A stretch of DNA of 64,000 nucleotides from an uncultured virus (IMG/VR IMGVR_UViG_3300021255_000105) (Duplodnaviria > Heunggongvirae > Uroviricota > Caudoviricetes). The notes beneath the pieces are model-generated. The model worked only from the letters and a program-made list of their open reading frames with translations, made no database searches and was not told the origin of the DNA. A program made the position numbers and the translations under genes. Shown here piece after piece: positions 36,335-47,300 of the stretch (its first letter is position 1; each line of letters opens with the position of its first letter). The DNA lies in IMG/VR virus record IMGVR_UViG_3300021255_000105; one strand, written 5' to 3'.

Positions 36335-39300
36335 ATGGCTGGAACGATTGAATCCTTGAATTTTGAGGTAATCCTCCAAGACGAAAAATTTAAGAAGTCC
36401 GTTGCTAACGACTTAAAGATTGCGCAAGACCTTAACACCAAGCTCACAAACATTTTGAACTTGAAAAAGCGTCTTAACAGCGAAACCACCCAGCAGCTTG
36501 TCAATGCCGAGAAAGTGCGCCAAGCCGAGCAAAAGACCGCCGAGCAGATTGCCAAAACGGCCCTTGCGCAGCAGAAAGTCGCAACGGAGGTTGAGCGTAC
36601 AAAGATTCTCCAAGAGAGGCACACCGGGGCCGCAAAACAGACCACGGCTGAATACGTCAATATGAAGTCCGTCCTCCGCACGCTCTCCCAGCTTACCGGC
36701 GTCGCTTTCTCCGCGGTCGGTATTCGCCGGTTCCTCGAGTCGATGATTGATATTACCGGCCAATTCGAGGTGCAGCGCATGGCCCTTCGCAACATGCTTC
36801 AAGACGTGGACGGGGCCGACAAAATCTTTGAGGATTTGTACCGTTTTAGCTCGGATTCGACTTACCGATTCTCCGAGCTTGCCAAGTACGCAAAGCAGCT
36901 TTCCGCGTTCAATATCGACAAGGGCTCGCTCCTTGAAACGACCAAGATGCTCGGTGACGTCGCCTCCGGCGTGGGCGTGTCTATGGACAGGCTGATTCTT
37001 GCTTACGGCCATGTGAAATCCTCCGGCTTCCTTCGCGGTATTCAGCTTCGTTCTTTCTCCCAGAACGGCGTTCCGATTCTTGACGAGCTGGCAAAAATGT
37101 TCTCTGAAACCGAAAAGCGGGCCGTGTCTTTGGGCGAGGTGTTTGACAAAATGACAAAGCGCGAAATCCCCTTTGAAATGGTGGAGGAGGCTTTCCGTCG
37201 CATGACCTCCGAGGGCGGTAAATTCTACCAAATGCAGGAGGTTTTGGCAAAGACGCTCGCCGGTCAGATTAACATTCTCAAAGGCCGTTGGGAGAATATG
37301 CTCGCCGCCGTCGGTCAGGCCAACTCCGGCCCGATTAAAGACGTTGTTACGACCGTTTCAAACCTCATTGCCAACTACGACCAACTCGGACGGAAGATTA
37401 CCGAGCTTATTGTCGTTTACGGTGCTTACAGGGCCGCTGTGTTCCTGATGACCGCCGTTAGTGAGGGGCTTTTCGTAGCCACGTTTAACCTTCGGCTTGC
37501 TTTTGAGAAGCTGGAGCTTGCGCTTTTGAAAAACCCGTTTGCGTTGATAGCCGCTACCGTTACCGCAACGGCTTACGCGCTTTATCAGTTCAATACGGCC
37601 CTTTCCGACTCTGAGAAAATCACCCAGACCGCAGAAAGGGGTATTCAGAAATACCAAGCATCTTTGGCTTCTGAAACGGCAGAGCTTGACCGCCTTTTCG
37701 CCAAGCTCAAATACGCCACAGAAGGCACAAAGGAATACGACGCGGCCAAGCTGGCTATTCAAAACCGATTCGGGCCTTATTTAAAGCAACTTCAAGATGA
37801 GGGCGTTGCGGTTGATAATTTGGCCGGGACGTATGACAACCTCAAAAAGAAAATCGCCGAGGCTCAAATGGCGCGTTTCTTTGAAAGCGAGTCCGATTCC
37901 GTCAGCAAGTCGTATGCGGCCGCCACGGACAATATCTACTCGTCCTTCAAAAAGACAATGGGGGCTCACAAGGTTGCTATTGACGAGCAGGAAGCAATCT
38001 GGCACTACATTACAACTGGTGAATACCTCGGGAACGACCGCAATAAGCTCGGCCTGCAGGTGGGTACTATCGGCCTTCCGGGCTCGTTCACATACAAAGA
38101 TTTTGGCCGTTCCGCTCTTTCTCTACGCAAAGATTTTGAAGCGGCGGCAACTGCGTATGATGCGGGAATGTCTATGTTGGAGGACGTGCTGGAGGTCCAC
38201 AAAAGGCGTATCGCCCAGACCGGAGGCGAAACCGCCGACGAGCTTACTTACAATATTGCGTCTATCGTTGAGGGTATTAAGAAATACGACAAAGACATTC
38301 AAGCACTCCGCGACAAGGCAAAGGGTGGCTCAATCACCGCCGACGAAAAGCAGACACTTGACAATCTCGTTACCGCCCGAAAGGAGCAGACGGACCTCTA
38401 TAAGTCCATTATGGGCGTCGATTACGACAAAGACGTGCGCCGCGCTACAAAGGCCGCGTCTGATGCGGATAAAGACGCTATAAACGGCCTTAAAACGAAA
38501 ATCGCCCTTCGGGAGAAGTACTTGTCTATCTACCAAAAAATCGAGCCTATAAAGGGCGACAAAACGGCAAATTGGATGGCTGATACTTTGGGCGGGGATG
38601 CGAGCACCTATAAAGACCTCGAAAAGCAGATTACCGACCTTACCGCAGAGCTCCGCGGCCTCGGTGACGCTGGAAAGGAAACCGCAGATGCGATAGAGGC
38701 CCGGCTCGGCCTTGATGCTGCCAGCCAGCTTGTAAAGCAGTTCAAGGCCGACAAGAAAGCCGCCGAGGACGCGGAAAAGGCGCTCAATAAGTACCTTGAT
38801 GCACTGGAAAAATGGGCTGACAAGACGCAAGAAATAACCGGCGTTGGCTCCGCCGGGAAGATTAGCAAAGCAATCGCGGCGTACCGGAAAGCCCTCGCGG
38901 AAAATGACACGAAATTCCGTAACATGGCTGTACTCGGCACGAGCGCATACTCCGATGATATTACAGGCCAGGGCCGCGAAATTGGTAAGCTGATGAATCT
39001 TTGGGCGCAGAATAGGGCTAATGCTATGGCCGACCTTCGTTCCAAACTGAACGAGTATGCCGATGATATTTTGAAGGAACAGCTGGAGGGCTTTGACCTT
39101 ACCAACTGGAACGACAAGACGCTTTCGCAGATTGACGCAATTAAGGCCGCGCTGGAGGGCATGGAAGTCCCGGAGGACATTAAGCTCATGCTTAAAGACT
39201 ACCCGGAACTCTTGAAGGAACTTAACGAAAAGCTCGCCGAGCTGGCTAACGCCAAGCTCACGAACACGGTAAACCCGGAGCGTTTCAAGAAAATTGCGCA

Positions 39301-40732
39301 GGAAGTAACGAAGGCCGCGGATAAAGCTCAAAAGTTTGCAGACGCGATGGAGCGGCTCGGAGAGGCTTCCGACAACCGTACCCTGCGCGACATTGCCGAC
39401 GGTATTTCCGGCATTGCAGACATGGCTAACGAGGCCACTTCCGCGTTTACGAAAATGAGCGACGCTTACGCCAAAAGCGAAAAGGCAGGCGGATGGCTCT
39501 CCAAAGTGTTTTCTTCCGGCGCTGCCGCTGGTTTTGCTGGTGGCATGATTGCCTTTACGATTGCGGCTAATATGAAGGTGCTTGAACTCTACGAGAAAGA
39601 GCGGGCGTTAGAGAAAGCTACGGCCTCCGCCGCTCTCGATGCTCGTTCCGTAGGCCGCGGGCAGTTTACGTTCGCCAACTCGTTCTTTGGCTCCGACACT
39701 ATGGCGGAAATAACCGAGCGCGTCGAGAAGCTCGACAAAATCCGCGAGTCTATGGATAGGTATTCCGACGGCGCGGAGAGTCTGCAACTTACCATGAAGC
39801 ATTATAACTTCTGGCACAAGCTACTCGGTTGGGCGCAACCCGAAAACTGGACCGGGAAGAGCGCTTTTAATGGCGAGCTTTTGCCCGATGATATGGCCTC
39901 GCTTGCGATAGCCGCTCAATCCCTCGGCCTCCAGCTTTACGACCAGTACGGCAATCTTAACGCTCAATCCTTGCAAGCAATCCTTGATACCTACCAAGAA
40001 CTTACCGAAGAGGAGCGGTATTGGCTTGAACGCGCTATCAATGACTCGGAGGATTACGCCGAGGTAATGAAGGGGCTTGATGATATTATGAGCGAGATAT
40101 TCGGGGACATTGCCGGTAGCGCCGCCGATGCGATTATTGACGGTTGGGTGGAGGCCGGTAACGCCGCCTTGGATTACACGGATATTCTCGATAACGTGGC
40201 ACGCTCTTATGCTAAAATGCTAATTCAGTCCACAATAATAGATAGTATTCTCGACCCGATTAAAGATGACGTTGTAAGCGCATTTGGGCGTGGTGATTAT
40301 GAAACCGCAATGAAGCTTATAGCGGGTGCAATGGAGGACATAAAGGATTCCGCTCCGCTTATGGAGCAAATCTTATCGGTATTCGACCCGTACTTAAAGC
40401 GTGCGGAAGATTTAAACTCCGATAGTTCCGACACAAACTCCCTCGGTCATGGCATTAAGGGAATCACCGAGGAAACCGCCTCGCTTCTCGCCTCCTATCT
40501 TAACGCAATCCGCGCCGACGTTTCGGTGATGCGGGCGCTTCAAGAAAAGGGCTGGGAGAATGTCGCGGCGCTGGCCGGGGTGATTACCCCCACCCTCGCG
40601 GACTACGTTCAGCAGATAGCGGCAAACACCTACAATGCCTCGCAAGACACTGCCGCAATCCTTTCCGAACTTCGCTCGGTGATAGGCCCGGCTGGCACTA
40701 CCGGGGACGTTTTGAGGGTGGAAATGGCATAA
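36335..40732 (+). CDS. tape measure protein
   Basis: 1465 aa helical; tape-measure domain (LGDVASG..RLILAYGHV..GVPILDELA). Confidence 0.92.
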   Translation: MAGTIESLNFEVILQDEKFKKSVANDLKIAQDLNTKLTNILNLKKRLNSETTQQLVNAEKVRQAEQKTAEQIAKTALAQQKVATEVERTKILQERHTGAAKQTTAEYVNMKSVLRTLSQLTGVAFSAVGIRRFLESMIDITGQFEVQRMALRNMLQDVDGADKIFEDLYRFSSDSTYRFSELAKYAKQLSAFNIDKGSLLETTKMLGDVASGVGVSMDRLILAYGHVKSSGFLRGIQLRSFSQNGVPILDELAKMFSETEKRAVSLGEVFDKMTKREIPFEMVEEAFRRMTSEGGKFYQMQEVLAKTLAGQINILKGRWENMLAAVGQANSGPIKDVVTTVSNLIANYDQLGRKITELIVVYGAYRAAVFLMTAVSEGLFVATFNLRLAFEKLELALLKNPFALIAATVTATAYALYQFNTALSDSEKITQTAERGIQKYQASLASETAELDRLFAKLKYATEGTKEYDAAKLAIQNRFGPYLKQLQDEGVAVDNLAGTYDNLKKKIAEAQMARFFESESDSVSKSYAAATDNIYSSFKKTMGAHKVAIDEQEAIWHYITTGEYLGNDRNKLGLQVGTIGLPGSFTYKDFGRSALSLRKDFEAAATAYDAGMSMLEDVLEVHKRRIAQTGGETADELTYNIASIVEGIKKYDKDIQALRDKAKGGSITADEKQTLDNLVTARKEQTDLYKSIMGVDYDKDVRRATKAASDADKDAINGLKTKIALREKYLSIYQKIEPIKGDKTANWMADTLGGDASTYKDLEKQITDLTAELRGLGDAGKETADAIEARLGLDAASQLVKQFKADKKAAEDAEKALNKYLDALEKWADKTQEITGVGSAGKISKAIAAYRKALAENDTKFRNMAVLGTSAYSDDITGQGREIGKLMNLWAQNRANAMADLRSKLNEYADDILKEQLEGFDLTNWNDKTLSQIDAIKAALEGMEVPEDIKLMLKDYPELLKELNEKLAELANAKLTNTVNPERFKKIAQEVTKAADKAQKFADAMERLGEASDNRTLRDIADGISGIADMANEATSAFTKMSDAYAKSEKAGGWLSKVFSSGAAAGFAGGMIAFTIAANMKVLELYEKERALEKATASAALDARSVGRGQFTFANSFFGSDTMAEITERVEKLDKIRESMDRYSDGAESLQLTMKHYNFWHKLLGWAQPENWTGKSAFNGELLPDDMASLAIAAQSLGLQLYDQYGNLNAQSLQAILDTYQELTEEERYWLERAINDSEDYAEVMKGLDDIMSEIFGDIAGSAADAIIDGWVEAGNAALDYTDILDNVARSYAKMLIQSTIIDSILDPIKDDVVSAFGRGDYETAMKLIAGAMEDIKDSAPLMEQILSVFDPYLKRAEDLNSDSSDTNSLGHGIKGITEETASLLASYLNAIRADVSVMRALQEKGWENVAALAGVITPTLADYVQQIAANTYNASQDTAAILSELRSVIGPAGTTGDVLRVEMA

Positions 40733-40845
40733 TGACTTTGGCCCTTTTAACTCGCTATCAATAAGCGTGTTATATTACTTTCAAATCAATACATTTCAAT
40801 ACTTTTTGGCCCTTATAGGGCCAAATTGCTTAAAATTGCGACACT

Positions 40846-41367
40846 ATGTTGTACGTTCCCTCCATATCCGACTATAAGCCGTTCTATATCCAGCTTGAAA
40901 CCGGCTTCGCTATTGACATACTCAAAGACTTTTCCGTGGTGGTCCGTTCGCAAGACTATCCTTCTTCCCTAAAAGTCAAAGAGCCTTACAAAAACCAGTG
41001 GAAAGACCAGCATGGGGACGAGGAATATATCGCCCCGGAAGGCTTGAAATACGAGGCCTTTACGTTCAAACTGGACTGCGCCATGTTTGCCCGAAACAGC
41101 ACCGAGGAGGCCGCGATTGCAGACCTTAAAAGGGGTATGAGGGCTTTTCAGGAAGTCCTCTCAAAAGGCTTTATGCGGACCTATGATGCGTACACCGGTT
41201 ACGGCTTTTGGAAAGTGCGCCTGCAGGAGTTTCCCGCCCCGGAGGAAGGGGCTTATTCGGTCTGGAACGATTGCACAAGGCTTCTTTTCCAAGTGATATT
41301 GAAAGTGAACGACCCGGCGACAAGCATGTACTACAACGCGGCAAACAACTTTATCGTGGAGGGTTAA
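40846..41367 (+). CDS. distal tail protein candidate
   Basis: KEPYKNQWKDQHGDEEY..KVNDP; follows tape measure. Confidence 0.6.
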   Translation: MLYVPSISDYKPFYIQLETGFAIDILKDFSVVVRSQDYPSSLKVKEPYKNQWKDQHGDEEYIAPEGLKYEAFTFKLDCAMFARNSTEEAAIADLKRGMRAFQEVLSKGFMRTYDAYTGYGFWKVRLQEFPAPEEGAYSVWNDCTRLLFQVILKVNDPATSMYYNAANNFIVEG

Positions 41368-41370
41368 GCT

Positions 41371-44300
41371 ATGGCAAGGTTTGATATTATCCAGAATAAC
41401 GCGCCAATCGCAAACGGCGCTCCGACCTTTACGGGTACTTACATGAAGCCCGGCGTGCTTACGTTCCGGGAAATTGCCTCGCCCTTCCCGATTGACTGGC
41501 GCATTGGGGCTTATGTGCAATACTCCCGTACCGGGTTCAGGTACTATCTTTACAACATACCGCAAGTCAAAAAGCAAGCGGGTTTCAAGACTCACGGGGC
41601 CGCGTATGTGTATCAGAACGTACAACTGCACGACGCGACCTATGAGCTTGAAATTTGCCCGTTCCGCGATTTGGTCTATGATGATAACCGGGTGCACTTC
41701 TCTACCCAGAGCGCCATTAGCGTTTTCGACGACGTGGCCGGTATTGCCGAGAGGGTGCAGGCGTGCCTTGACAATTTCCACCCGGGGGCATGGGTTGTTC
41801 GCCTTGCAACAGAGGAAATGGGGGCCTCCACCGAACTTTTGGCCCTCATGCAAGAGGAGCGCGAGTTCGTCGTTTCCGGCGTTACCCTTCAGGGGGTAAT
41901 GGAGAAAATCTATGAGATTTGGCCGGAGGTTGGTTACGTCTATTCGTTTGAGAATAACAAGCATGTTATTACGATTGGTGGGGCTGGCCTTAACGGCTAC
42001 GGCGATACGTACAAATACGGGAAGGGGCATGGCCTTACAGCACTCACTAAAACCGCCGCTAACCCAGAGGAAATTGCCAACCGGCTTTACGTTTACGGCT
42101 CGGCCCGGAACATGCTCCCCAACTGGTACAACAAGCAGGAAATCCACGGAGCGGAATCGGTCGATATTCAAAACCTGATGATTCCGATTGGCCCGGTGGA
42201 GGGCGGTGCGGTTAAGTACGTTTATAACGGAAAGCTCTACACCTACGAAGGGAAGGTTTACACCTACCCGGGGCCGGTCAGTCACTATGCCGGTTGGGGG
42301 CTTACTGACGGACTCCCCGACCCCGCGAAGGCTTATATTGAGGATGCGGCTTCTATCCTTGCACGCGGCCTCCGGGCAAAAAGCATTTACTTTGACGGCT
42401 CCGGCGACCTGAAAGAGATTTACCCCACGATTGAGCGTGTAACGATTGCCGAGGTGCGCGGCGCAAGCCCCAGTTACGTTCCAGCCGCAAGCTGGCCCGA
42501 TGCACAAAGGGTTGATGAAGTGTACTCCTCTACCCCGGTTGCTGACGACGGCCTTTCCGGTGCGGACGGCAAGACTTTCCTCCAGCGCGAAACCGAGGAC
42601 TTTGCAAATCAACTCCAAGGGTCCGTTGCGGCCTCCAGTGTTGCCGCTTTCCGGCTTTTCACAAAGAGGATAACCTCTACCGTAGCTGGCTCACTCAAAG
42701 TTAATCAATCAGTCAAGATTAACGGCTGGCTGACTGGCGATATAACCGCCGTGGACGTCTACTTTGAGCTGGCGAAAATCCAACCCGGAGGAATGTCCTA
42801 TGTGATAAAGAACGTAAAACAATCGTGCGAATTTAACGCAGACGAAGGCGCATATCATATAATCGGCGCTGACCTTATCGCAGACAAACTCGCGGTTGAA
42901 GAGGGAGATACTTTTGAAGTCCGCGTAACCCTTTCCGTTTCCAACGTGAACGGAGAGCAGGCGCATACGTTCAGTTACTCCGGCGACGGCTATTTGGACT
43001 TCCAGATTGGCAACTACCGCGCCTCCACTTTCACAATCCAAATCCCGCAAATCGGCTTTGATATTGCCGAACAGGCGGCTTTGGGCGAGGGTATGACGCT
43101 GGCCTTCCGTTCAGGCGCTTGCGCTGGCCGGGAGTTCAAGATTAAAAGCGTTGAGTACCGGCAGGCAACCGACACATGGCTCCTTGAAGTAATCCGCTCC
43201 GAGGACGAGTCGCTGGCCCAGTGGTTCCCGAATACGGACTATCAAATTGTCGCAGGCGACCACTTTGTTTTGCTGGATATTGCCATGCCGGGAATGTATA
43301 TCAATATCGCAGAAAAGCGGCTATTAGCCTCCGCGCAGGAGGTACTGGCCGACACGGCAAAAGAACAGTGGCAGTACACCCCTGATATTGACGCAAAATT
43401 CATGGTTGAGAGCGGGCGCGTCCTTCTCCCGGCCCAGAACATAACCCTTGAAGATGATATTGTTCCCGGCGACACGACGAGGATTCTCATTGACTCGGTG
43501 ACTATCAACGAGGGAGAGGCCGCTATCCCGACTTACAAGGTAACGCTCCGGGACAAAAAGAAAAAGTCTTATTCCGACAAGGCTTCCGTTACCCCGATTT
43601 CCTCCCGTCCGGTTGAGGAGGTCCAAACCACGGCCACCTCGTCCGAATCCTCTTCCGGCGGTGGTTCTGGCTCCGGCCACACCCACGACAACAAGGCCGA
43701 CCTTGACAAGCTCGGGACGGACGGGCTTTATATTACGATTAACGGCTCAAAAGCGCAGGCAGGATATGCCGACCGTGCGGGCAGCGCACCGGCGGCAACC
43801 GAAGCTGAACACGCCCTCGAGGCCGACCATGCTTTAACCGCAGACGAGGCCACTCATGCCGAAAACGCAGATGAGGCCACCCATGCCACAAATGCAGACC
43901 TTGCGCAAAGGGCGCTTACGGCAGACTATGCGCTGGATTCTGATAAATGGGACGGCGCACAGTTTGGCGACTACCTCAATCAACCAGTCCGCACCACTGA
44001 CAACGTGGCATTTAACAAGGTCACTACGCCGGAAGTTTCCACCAGAAAGATAGCCTCCCCGGACTTTACAGAGGGGCCGCTCGGCTCGGGGTTCCGGCTT
44101 TGGAAAAACACCGTCGGCGGTAACGCGGAGCTGGAGCTTGACAGCATTACCGTCCGAAAGACGCTTAAAGTGTTTGAGTTGATAATCCAACAACTCAAAT
44201 ATCAGGGCGGAATGGTGATTTACTCCGCTGCCTCCGCTGTGTGCACCGAGGTTGAAGAGCTTTCCGACAGCTACAAATGCTATATCGACACCAAAGAGGA

Positions 44301-47300
44301 CGAAAACGGACGGATTCAGGAGCCGAATCTCTTTGTTGTTGGCGACCAAGTGCGCTGCCAGCGATTCCAACTCGGAACGACCGTTGCTAAATACTACTGG
44401 AGGCTTGTTACCGCCGTTGGCGACGATTACATTGTGCTGTCAAAGACCGACTGCGACACGGGTTCCGATGCGCCGGAGGCTGGCGACAACATGATTCAGC
44501 TCGGCCACCGGACCAACACCGGCCGCCAAAGCGCAAAGGTCACTACCACGATTGACGGCAATTCCCCTCGCGACGATTACTATAAGGGAATTAACTCCTA
44601 TGACCTGACCGGCAAGCTGATTACCACCGTTGGCGTTCGTAACGGCGAGGTGGGCGTTTATACCAAGAACGGAGAATTTACGGGCCGGGTTGTAATCACC
44701 GGCGGCTCCGGCCTGCAAACCCTCGACGAGTGGCAGGACGTGGCGGATTCGATTGCAGACGCAGCACAAGCGGCGGCAGATGCGCAGGCTGATGCGGACC
44801 GGGCAAACGCGGCCTTGACCGAATGGGCCTCCGACGGCTATATTTCCCCCGTTGAAAAGGAGCCGCTCTCTAACCAATGGACGGACGTTCGCAACGAGTA
44901 CTCCCAGATTATTGCCGATGCTACTCGCTACGGCGTGGACTTTTCCGCTTTCACGGCGGCTTATACCCTTGCAAATGCCGCTTTCCAGAAATACACGGCA
45001 AATCCTACGCAAAGCACCGCAAAAGAGGCTGACTATGACAATATCGCCGCCTATTATGCCGCAAGAGCGACGATTTTAGGCAATATCGCCGCCGCGTCAA
45101 AGGGTTTAATCACCACGGCCCAAAACACGGCGAATAGCGCCATTTCTGCGGCCGCGGCGGCCCAGCTTGCGGCCGATACCGCGCAGGCGAAAGCCGATGC
45201 GCTGGAAGTTGCCCTTGCGTTGCTGAATGACGATACGGTGCTGGACCAGTCCGAGAAAAACATTATCCGTACCGAGTGGATTACCATTAACGGGATTGAG
45301 GATTTGGGGCGCACCGGCACAAAGGGTTCTTACATAACCACAAAGAATCTCTTTGAGCAGTACCGCTCCGTAGGGGGCCAAGTTAAATATTCCATGAACG
45401 GGCGTATTTACACGTTCGGGAATCTCATTTATACTTACAGCGAGATTGGCGTTTCTGCCCTCGATGCGGCATACCTTGCGCTCCGCGAGTTCCTTCGCAG
45501 TGTTGGACTTAATGACCGTGATTCCGTCTTTGAGGGTTTCGATAGGGCGCAATTCGCGAGCCTTCTTACCGACTACTACGACGCGGAACTTCGCGTAAAC
45601 GATAATATCAATAAAGCCATTCAGCGCCAGATTGAGGACGCGAAGGCAGAAATCCTCGCGGATATTACCGGCTTTGAGAGCGCGATTGAGCAGACAATTC
45701 AGGAAATGAAGGACGTGCTGGATAACACGATTGAAACGTGGTTTGGCACGGGCGTTCCTGATTTGACTAACTATCCAGCCTCCCAGTGGCAACCGTCCGA
45801 GTACGAATCCCATATTGGCGATTTGTACTATGATGACAATACCGGCGTAGGTTATCGTTTCCAGCTTAACGAGGCAACCAACACTTACTACTGGAATATC
45901 CTCCAAGACACAACCGCGACAGCCGCCCTTGCACTGGCCCGCCAAGCAAAGGACACCGCAGACGGGAAGCGCCGGGTGTTCCTCTCCCAGCCTACTGATG
46001 CGCAGGCATACGACGAGGGCGACCTTTGGCTTCACGCCACTATCGGGGCTTATACTGATGAAACGCTCGTTTGCCGGAGCGCCAAAGCCGCCGGGGTTGC
46101 TTTCAATGCCGGTGACTGGACTACTGCCACCAAGTACACGGACGATACGGTAGCAAATGCCGCGCAGGCAGCGGCTAATGCTGCCCAGCAAACCGCGGAC
46201 AATGCCGCTACCGCCGCCTCGCGTGCTCAAACGAGTGCGGACAATGCCGCTACTATTGCCAATGCAGCCACAACAAGGCTCGATAATTGGGCCGACGACG
46301 GCTATGTTTCCCCGACCGAAAAGCTCGCCCTCAAACAGCAGAAAGAGGAGGTCGATTCGGACTACACGGAGATTATCGCCGACGCTGGCCGGTATGCAGT
46401 ATCCACGACCGCGTTTGTTGCTGCCTATAATGCCGCTGTAACGGCTTTCAACAAATATACGGCCTCCACCCCGGAGCTTATCGAGATAACGGCTGATTTC
46501 GGGGATATTGCGGCCTACTACGATGCGCGTTCGACTATCCTTGACACAATCGCAGTTGCGGCAAAGAAGGTTGCTACTGATGCGCAAGCCGCCGCCGATG
46601 CGGCCCAGCAAACGGCAAATGCCGCTGGTAGCGCCGCCGCCCTTGCTCAAACCGCCGCAGACAACGCGGCCACCGCTGCGGCTACGGCTCAATCTACTGC
46701 CGATGCGGCCAAATCTATTGCCGAGGCGGCTCGCGACAAGCTCGTTACATGGGGTTCGGACGGTTATATTTCCCCGACAGAAAAGACGGCTTTAATCCAG
46801 CAGCTTAAAGACGTCCAGACCGAGCGCGACCAAATTGTTGCGCAGGCTACGTCCTACTCCGTTTCCACTACGGCCTATCTGGCTGCTTATACCGCCGCCG
46901 TTTCCGCTTTCAACAAGTACACCGCGGCCACCCCGGAATCTATTGCGGTGGAGTCCGATTACGCGAATATCGCGGCTTACTATGACGCGCGGACAATGAT
47001 TCTCGATGCGATTTCCACCGCCGCAAAGAAAGTGGCAGATGACGCGCAACAAGCCGCCGATGATGCTGCCGCTTTGGCCCAAGACGCTATGGATGCCGCG
47101 GAGGCCGTTGCCGAGGCGCTGGAAAAGATTAACCTTGACGCGGTTTTGGACCAGTCCGAGAAAGAGGCTATCCGTACCACGTGGACGAGCATTAACGGCG
47201 TTGTTTCTACTGGCGTTATGGGAACGACCGGCACTTATTACGCGGCAAAGCAGATGATTGAGGGCGTTTCCCACACTGGCCTTCCGGTCAAATACACTTT